The notes under the pieces were generated by a model. That model did no database searches. It saw nothing but the letters and a program-made list of their open reading frames with translations, and was not told where the DNA came from. The translations under genes were made by a program, and so were the position numbers. DNA of 64,000 bases from an uncultured bacterium (GTDB taxonomy: Bacteria; Patescibacteriota; Microgenomatia; Levybacterales; UBA12049), in the NCBI GenBank assembly GCA_963826535.1, contig CAWGXL010000010.1, positions 170,814 to 234,813 on the forward strand, in the 5' to 3' direction. Positions 58,094 to 64,000 of the stretch are shown here, piece after piece; the stretch's first letter is position 1, and every line of letters starts with the position of its first letter.

Positions 58094-59206
58094 ATGAGAA
58101 TAGGTATCGACGTAAGGCTATGGAGTGAGACCGGCGTAGGACGTTACATCAGAAACTTAGTAAAAAAACTGCAAATTTTAGATAAAAACAACCAATACGT
58201 TCTGTTTGTCAGATCTCAAAATTATTCTGACATAAATTCTAAAATTGCAGCTACCAACTTTAAGCTAATTAAAGCAGATATTCACTGGCATTCGATTGCT
58301 GAGCAGATAATATTTCCAAATCTTCTTAACAAAGAAAATCTTGACCTTATGCATTTTCCATATTTTTCTCTCCCCATTTTTTATTCTCGGCCTTTTGTGG
58401 TGACTGTGCATGATTTAATTATCAACCATTTTCCAACCGGCAAAGCATCCACCTTGCCTTACCCAATGTACATTGTCAAACGGTTTGGTTATGATTTTGT
58501 TATTAAAAATGCGGTAAAAAATGCTACCAAGATTATTGTCCCCTTGCACGTGGTAAAAGATGATTTAGTTCAAACACTTGGGGTACAAGCAAATAAAATT
58601 ATGGTTACATATGAAGGCGCTTCTTTAAAGTTAAAGGGAAAAGAAGAAATCGGGAAGAACGCCTCGCCCTTCTTTTTGTATGTAGGGAATGCCTATCCTC
58701 ATAAAAATTTAGAATTCTTGATAAATGCGTTTACTAAGTTTAAAAAAGATATAAAGAAAGATATGCATCTCGTTCTTGTAGGTGAAAATGATTTTTTCTA
58801 TAAAAGACTAAGTGAATTGGTTGAAAAAGAAAAAATTTCTGGAATAATTTTCCGTCACGATGTTGGCGATGAAGAACTAGCTTTACTTTATTCTCAAGCA
58901 ACTGCTTATGTTTCTGCATCACTTATGGAGGGATTTGGCTTACCGCCGCTTGAAGCAATGGCAGCAAACTGTTCTGTTTTACTCTCGGATATACCATCTT
59001 TTAGGGAAGTATGCAGGGATGCGGCTTTTTATTTTGATCCACGAGAATTATCTTCTCTTACCCAAAATTTGACTTTAGTATATAATCTTGACCCGAAAAC
59101 TAAAGAAAAACATTTAACAAATGGCCTTGAAAGGACAAAAGATTTCTCCTGGGAGAAAATGGCCAAAGAGACGAAGGAAATTTATGAAAGTTGCTTTAGT
59201 TTATGA
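58094..59206 (+). CDS. GT4 glycosyltransferase (MtfB-like)
   Basis: TGVGRY, TVHDL, GNAYPHKN, EGFGLPPLEAM. Confidence 0.9.
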   Translation: MRIGIDVRLWSETGVGRYIRNLVKKLQILDKNNQYVLFVRSQNYSDINSKIAATNFKLIKADIHWHSIAEQIIFPNLLNKENLDLMHFPYFSLPIFYSRPFVVTVHDLIINHFPTGKASTLPYPMYIVKRFGYDFVIKNAVKNATKIIVPLHVVKDDLVQTLGVQANKIMVTYEGASLKLKGKEEIGKNASPFFLYVGNAYPHKNLEFLINAFTKFKKDIKKDMHLVLVGENDFFYKRLSELVEKEKISGIIFRHDVGDEELALLYSQATAYVSASLMEGFGLPPLEAMAANCSVLLSDIPSFREVCRDAAFYFDPRELSSLTQNLTLVYNLDPKTKEKHLTNGLERTKDFSWEKMAKETKEIYESCFSL

Positions 59207-60257
59207 TCGGGTCAACAAATTAGGAGGAGCAGAAAGAGTTTTGCTTGCACTGCATGAATTATACCCGGAGGCCCCAATATATACGTCAGTCTTAAACTCT
59301 AAAAAAGCTCTCTGGGCTAATGTATTTAATATAATTACATCATTTTTACAAAAACTACCTCATGCCGCGTCTCATCATGAACTTTTAGCAACTCTCATGC
59401 CGATTGCTTTTGAGAGCTTTTCATTTGATGAATTTGATTTAGTGATAAGCATCACCTCCGAATCAGCAAAGGGAATAATTACAAAACCAACTACTAAGCA
59501 TATCTGTTATTGCCTCACTCCAACAAGATATCTCTGGAGCGGATATGACGAGTATTTTAAAAACCAATTTTTTAAAATTCTTGCGTATCCCCTAGTTTCA
59601 TACTTGCGCACCTGGGACAAAATAGCGGCGAATCGTCCTGATTTCTACATCGCTATATCAAACGAAGTAAAAAAGAGAATAAAAAAATATTACGACTTAG
59701 AATCGGAAGTGGTCTATCCTCCCCTATATATAAGCAGTAAAAAGAGAACAATAAAAAATAATAAAAGCAACTTTTTTCTTGTTGTATCGCGCTTAATTGC
59801 TTACAAAAGAATAGATCTGGCAATTGAAGCATGTAATGCATTGCAACTACCTTTAAAAATCATAGGCACAGGCCACGAAGAAAAGATCCTAAAAAAAATA
59901 GCGGGCCCATCAGTGGAATTTCTCGGTAACTTGACGGATGATAAGCTTATAGTGTATTATACACAAGCAAAGGCGCTCCTTTGTCCCGGTATAGAAGATT
60001 TTGGTCTGACAATAATTGAAGCCCAAAAATATGGAACGCCTGTTATTGCATTCAGAGGTGGCGGAGCGTTAGAAACAATTATTGAAAGGAAAACAGGATT
60101 ATTCTTTGATAAGCAAAAAAAGGATTCACTTATACAAACGCTCAATGAATTCAGTAAATATAACTTTAATAGCGAAGACTGTGTAAAACAAGCCGCAGCA
60201 TTTAGCTTCAAAAAGTTTAAAGCCAATTTTACTTTACTTGTGGACAAAGTGATTTAA
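59184..60257 (+). CDS. GT4 glycosyltransferase (WbaZ-like mannosyltransferase)
   Basis: GGAERVL, YCLTPTRYLW, SRLIAYKRID, EDFGL..IEAQ..G.PVIA; start ATG 59184. Confidence 0.9.
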   Translation: MKVALVYDRVNKLGGAERVLLALHELYPEAPIYTSVLNSKKALWANVFNIITSFLQKLPHAASHHELLATLMPIAFESFSFDEFDLVISITSESAKGIITKPTTKHICYCLTPTRYLWSGYDEYFKNQFFKILAYPLVSYLRTWDKIAANRPDFYIAISNEVKKRIKKYYDLESEVVYPPLYISSKKRTIKNNKSNFFLVVSRLIAYKRIDLAIEACNALQLPLKIIGTGHEEKILKKIAGPSVEFLGNLTDDKLIVYYTQAKALLCPGIEDFGLTIIEAQKYGTPVIAFRGGGALETIIERKTGLFFDKQKKDSLIQTLNEFSKYNFNSEDCVKQAAAFSFKKFKANFTLLVDKVI

Positions 60258-60289
60258 TATTATAATATATCAGTACAACAGAATTATTT

Positions 60290-61372
60290 ATGAAAATTAT
60301 TATTTTCGCAGGTGGAGTCGGCACAAGATTATGGCCTCTCTCCCGGAAAAATTCACCAAAACAATTCGGCAAAATGGTAGGCGAACATTCTACCTTACAA
60401 CAAGCGGTTTCCAGATTATTGCCGGAATTTAATGCTGCAGATATTTATATCGCAACTGGCAAACAATATAAAGATATTGTAATTGAACAGTTGCCGACAA
60501 TTCCAAAAGAAAACTTCATTTTCGAGCCTGCGTTACAAGATGTAGGTCCGGCTATTGGATTATCTGCATTTCTGCTCGAGAAAAATTTCAGTGATGAACC
60601 CGTAGCAATAATTTGGAGCGATCATATGGTAAAAAATGATATCGCCTTTCGCCAGGCGCTTCGCCTTGCGGAAAAGCAAATACTTGGGAACCAATCGGAA
60701 TTTATTTTTATAGCTCAGAAGGCTCGATTTGCAAATCAAAATTGCGGTTGGATAGAACTAGGTGAAAAGATCGAAGATGCTGATAACGCAACAATTTTTA
60801 AATTCAAAAGATTATGTTACCGGCCCAAGCAGGAAGAAGCTGAAGAATTTTTCAAGAACGAAAACTTTATATGGAATTTAGGCTATTTTGTAACAACACC
60901 AAAATATCTAATGACTATGTACAAAAACTACATGCCAGAAATGTATGAGAAACTATTACTTATACAAAATTCTGTAGGCACCCCGGATTTTGAAAAAACC
61001 CTTGATGAGACTTACCCGACATTACAGAAAATAAGTTTTGACGATGCGATATTAGTAAAATTAAATTCCGATAATTTTAGAGTAATCGCCGCAGACCTGG
61101 AATGGAGTGATGTCGGCACATGGGATGCACTCAAAGAAGCGCTTTCAGGAAATAAGGATGAGAATATTACACTTGGGGATGTTGTGTTAGAAAATACAAA
61201 AGATACACTACTTTTTAATTACGACAAAAAATTATGTCTCGGAATTGATCTAAACGAATTTATTATCATTAATACCGAGGATGTTTTATTAATTTGTCCA
61301 AAAAGCTCAGTACCAAAAATCAAAAAATTTGTTGAAAAACTAAATGGTACCGCGTATGAACATCTGGTGTAA
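60290..61372 (+). CDS. manC: Mannose-1-phosphate guanylyltransferase-like (no PMI domain)
   Basis: AGGVGTRLWPLSR..PKQF, EP...D.GPA, SDH, WN.G, SFD, WSDVGTW. Confidence 0.82.
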   Translation: MKIIIFAGGVGTRLWPLSRKNSPKQFGKMVGEHSTLQQAVSRLLPEFNAADIYIATGKQYKDIVIEQLPTIPKENFIFEPALQDVGPAIGLSAFLLEKNFSDEPVAIIWSDHMVKNDIAFRQALRLAEKQILGNQSEFIFIAQKARFANQNCGWIELGEKIEDADNATIFKFKRLCYRPKQEEAEEFFKNENFIWNLGYFVTTPKYLMTMYKNYMPEMYEKLLLIQNSVGTPDFEKTLDETYPTLQKISFDDAILVKLNSDNFRVIAADLEWSDVGTWDALKEALSGNKDENITLGDVVLENTKDTLLFNYDKKLCLGIDLNEFIIINTEDVLLICPKSSVPKIKKFVEKLNGTAYEHLV

Positions 61373-61374
61373 TA

Positions 61375-62037
61375 ATGTACACTAAAATTAAAAAAAAATA
61401 TCCTTACAAGTTCTTAAAAAGAACAATAGATGTTGTTTTCACCATAATTCTACTGATCATTTTCTCACCTGTTATAGTCGCAGTCGCTCTAGCTATCAAA
61501 ATAAATTCACCGGGCCCTGTTTTTGCCGATACGCCTGAAAGAGTAGGAAAAAATGGAAAGAGATTTAAGATGTACAAATTCCGGTCTATGATACAAAATG
61601 CTCACCAAATGTTACGGGAAGACCCAAAGTACTTGGAGCTATTTAACAAATACAAAAAAAGTAGTTACAAGTTAAAAGATGATCCAAGAATTACCTCTGT
61701 AGGCCGCTTTATTCGCAAGCACTCTCTTGATGAAATGCCTCAATTTTTTAATGTTTTGAAGGGGGAAATGAGTATTGTCGGTCCAAGAGCTTATTATCCG
61801 GATGAACTTGAAGAACAACAAAAAAAATATCCGTATACCAAAAAAGCTGTAAAAATTGTGATATCAGTAAAACCTGGCATAACCGGTCTCTGGCAAGTCT
61901 CAGGGAGAAGCGATATCAATTTTGATAAGCGCATTCAAATGGATGCGGAATATGTAACAAGACGATCAATAAGATACGATCTATGGCTTATTTTAAAATC
62001 TCCCTGGGCTATGATCTCCGGCAAAGGAGCCCTATAA
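61375..62037 (+). CDS. Priming undecaprenyl-phosphate phosphoglycosyl transferase (Bac_transf family)
   Basis: KRTIDV, KFRSM, DDPRIT.VGRFIRK.SLDEMPQFFNVLKGEMSIVGPR, KPGITGLWQVSGRS. Confidence 0.93.
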   Translation: MYTKIKKKYPYKFLKRTIDVVFTIILLIIFSPVIVAVALAIKINSPGPVFADTPERVGKNGKRFKMYKFRSMIQNAHQMLREDPKYLELFNKYKKSSYKLKDDPRITSVGRFIRKHSLDEMPQFFNVLKGEMSIVGPRAYYPDELEEQQKKYPYTKKAVKIVISVKPGITGLWQVSGRSDINFDKRIQMDAEYVTRRSIRYDLWLILKSPWAMISGKGAL

Positions 62038-62040
62038 AAT

Positions 62041-62070
62041 TTGACAACACCTCCAATGATTCAGTAAGAT
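62041..62070 (+). promoter_or_regulatory. Sigma70-type promoter
   Basis: TTGACA-18-TAAGAT immediately before the ATG/GTG at 62074/62077. Confidence 0.5.
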
Positions 62071-62073
62071 ATT

Positions 62074-63991
62074 ATGGTGAGCGGCTTTGATAAAATTGAT
62101 CTTAATAATCTAAACCATTCTATGCCAAAAAGAAAAAATAAAAAACCCAAAAAACGCTCCCGGCGTACCATCATTGCAGTAGTTATATTTTTAATTATTG
62201 GACTTCTAATTGGATTCCCGGCGTATGCAACCTATAACTCTGGACTAAAAACCTATCGCCAATCAAAAGTATTATTTGACGCGGTCAAGAAGCAAAATAT
62301 CACCTTAGCATCTACCGAATTAGTAAAGACAAAAAAATCCCTGGAAGAGACACGAAGCTCCTTGCGGCTCCTTTCACCGCTCAAATTTATACCTGTACTA
62401 AATTGGTACTATAACGACGCTGATCATCTGCTAACGGCAGGACACCATAGTCTTGAAAGTGCGGGTATAGCCATAGATGCTATAGAGCCATACGCAGACG
62501 TGTTAGGCTTGAAAGGGCAGGGAAGCTTTACTGCCGGTTCTGCGGAAGAACGTATAAGAACAGCCATCCTAACTGCCGGTAAAATTACACCCAAGATCGA
62601 CCAAATTTCTGAGTCTCTCACCCAGGTTCGAAGTGAAATTGATCAGGTAAACCCCGATCATTACCCATCCCTTATATTTGGAAACAATATTAGAACACAG
62701 TTAATAACAGTAAAAAAACTTGCGGATGATGGAACCGCGTTCGTTACAGAAGCCAGGCCGCTTATAAAAGTCCTCCCTTCACTTTTAGGAGAATCAAAAG
62801 AAAAGAAATACTTAATTCTCTTTCAAAATGACAAAGAACTTCGCCCCACCGGAGGCTTTATTACAGCGTATGCTATTTTACGGGTCGATAAAGGTGTTAT
62901 ACACATCGACAAATCGGAAGATATTTATAGCCTGGATGATTCAATACCCAACAAGCCCAGGGCACCTGCGCCAATTCTCAAATACCTGGCCGGAGTAAGC
63001 ACTTTTAATCTGCGCGATAGCAATCTTTCCCCGGATTTTATTGAGTCTATGAAGACATTTAACTCAATGTACGATAAAGCCGGCGATAGAGTAGATATAG
63101 ACGGCATCATTGCTATGGATACCAATGTTCTTGTGTCTACAATTAAAATACTTGATGACCAAGTCTCTGCAGGTGGCCTCACATTTACTTCCAAAGATGA
63201 CCCCCGCTGTGATTGCCCGCAAGTTATCTATGAGCTTGAAGATAATATCTCCCGCCCGTCAATTATGTAAAAGTAAAAGAAAAGGTCTTCTGGGAGAATT
63301 GCTGCAGGCATTAATGACCAAAGCTCTTTCTTCCTCTCCGAAAATCTATTGGGGTCCATTATTCCAAACTTTAATCGCTCAAACAAATGAAAAACATGTA
63401 CTTTTCTATCTTTTTGATAAGGACGCCCAAAGTGGTATTGAAGCGCTTAACGCGGCCGGAAGAATCAAAGACTTCGATGGAGATTATCTGCACATAAATG
63501 AAACCAGTTTTTCCGGTGCGAAAGTAAATATCTTCCTGCAACAGGAAATAGAAAATAATTTTGACTTCAAAGACGACGGTACCATAACTAAAACAGTCGT
63601 AGTTCACTATAAAAACCCTTATCCGCCATCGGATTGTAATCTAGAAAGGGGAGGCTTGTGTCTTAACGCTGAATACAGAGACTGGTTCCGTATCTATGTG
63701 CCCAAAGGAAGCAAGCTCGTAGAAAGTAAGGGCTCACAAGTAAAAATTTCAACCTACGATGAATTAGACAAGACAGTTTTTGACGGCTTTCTGACAGTGA
63801 GACCCAAAGGAATAGCTACCCTCACTATAACCTATACCTTGCCGTTTAAACTTACCTCGAGCTCCCCCTTGCCTGTACTTATTCAAAAGCAGCCGGGAAC
63901 CGGTGGTAATAAATATACGATCAACGTAAATGGCAACACCAAAGAATCTTTTGAACTCTTTGCCGATCGGGAACTAAAACTTCAAAAATGA
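62074..63991 (+). pseudogene. DUF4012-domain membrane-anchored protein, frameshifted near 63255-63275
   Basis: YLILFQNDKELRPTGGF, RDSNLSPDF, then RKGLLGEL..K.N...YRDWFRIYVP.GS...QKQPG. The junction reads SRP-VNYVK-SKRKG across three frames. Confidence 0.8.
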
Positions 63992-64000
63992 GGACATACA

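Noticed and set aside
14670-63991. Phase variation as the cause of the three frameshifts
   Set aside because: The indels are in runs of 4 nt or fewer, not long homopolymer or SSR tracts

Overview
The whole 64 kb is one large, AT-rich bacterial cell-surface glycosylation region (standard code 11; TGA is used as stop). Gene content and style suggest a Patescibacteria/CPR genome, probably Microgenomates. This is inference from the DUF4012 + phosphoglycosyl transferase + ManC end, the many GT-C membrane glycosyltransferases, the mostly leaderless genes and the short GC-rich palindromic elements. It holds about 8 GT-C domains, 2 O-antigen ligase/Wzy-like domains, about 10 GT2 and 7 GT4 genes, Wzm/Wzt, a WsaE-like methyltransferase-coiled coil-GT2-GT2 protein and 4 polyprenyl-phosphate GT2s. 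The main candidate for an undescribed system is a nucleotide-sugar block at about 34.1-46.6 kb. Its family set (transaldolase, divergent SIS isomerase, GHMP kinase, HAD phosphatase, nucleotidyltransferase, NAD epimerases, a Cys-less UDP-glucose-dehydrogenase homologue, Gfo/Idh/MocA, SDR) mirrors the lincomycin GDP-octose route (LmbR/N/P/K/O/M/L/Z) without the aminotransferase. It may make a higher-carbon (octose or heptose) sugar for surface glycans. Other notable items: a secreted 3-repeat protein with a 275-aa His/Asp/Tyr/Lys insert that sits between two unannotated fragments of a lost second GT operon copy; an SMR pseudogene; nested 21-bp palindromes inserted in frame in a GT4; a degenerate RpoD-like sigma factor; a stand-alone half GT4; and three frameshifted genes. 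No rRNA, tRNA, CRISPR, transposase or integrase was seen. All calls are by eye, and no searches were run.
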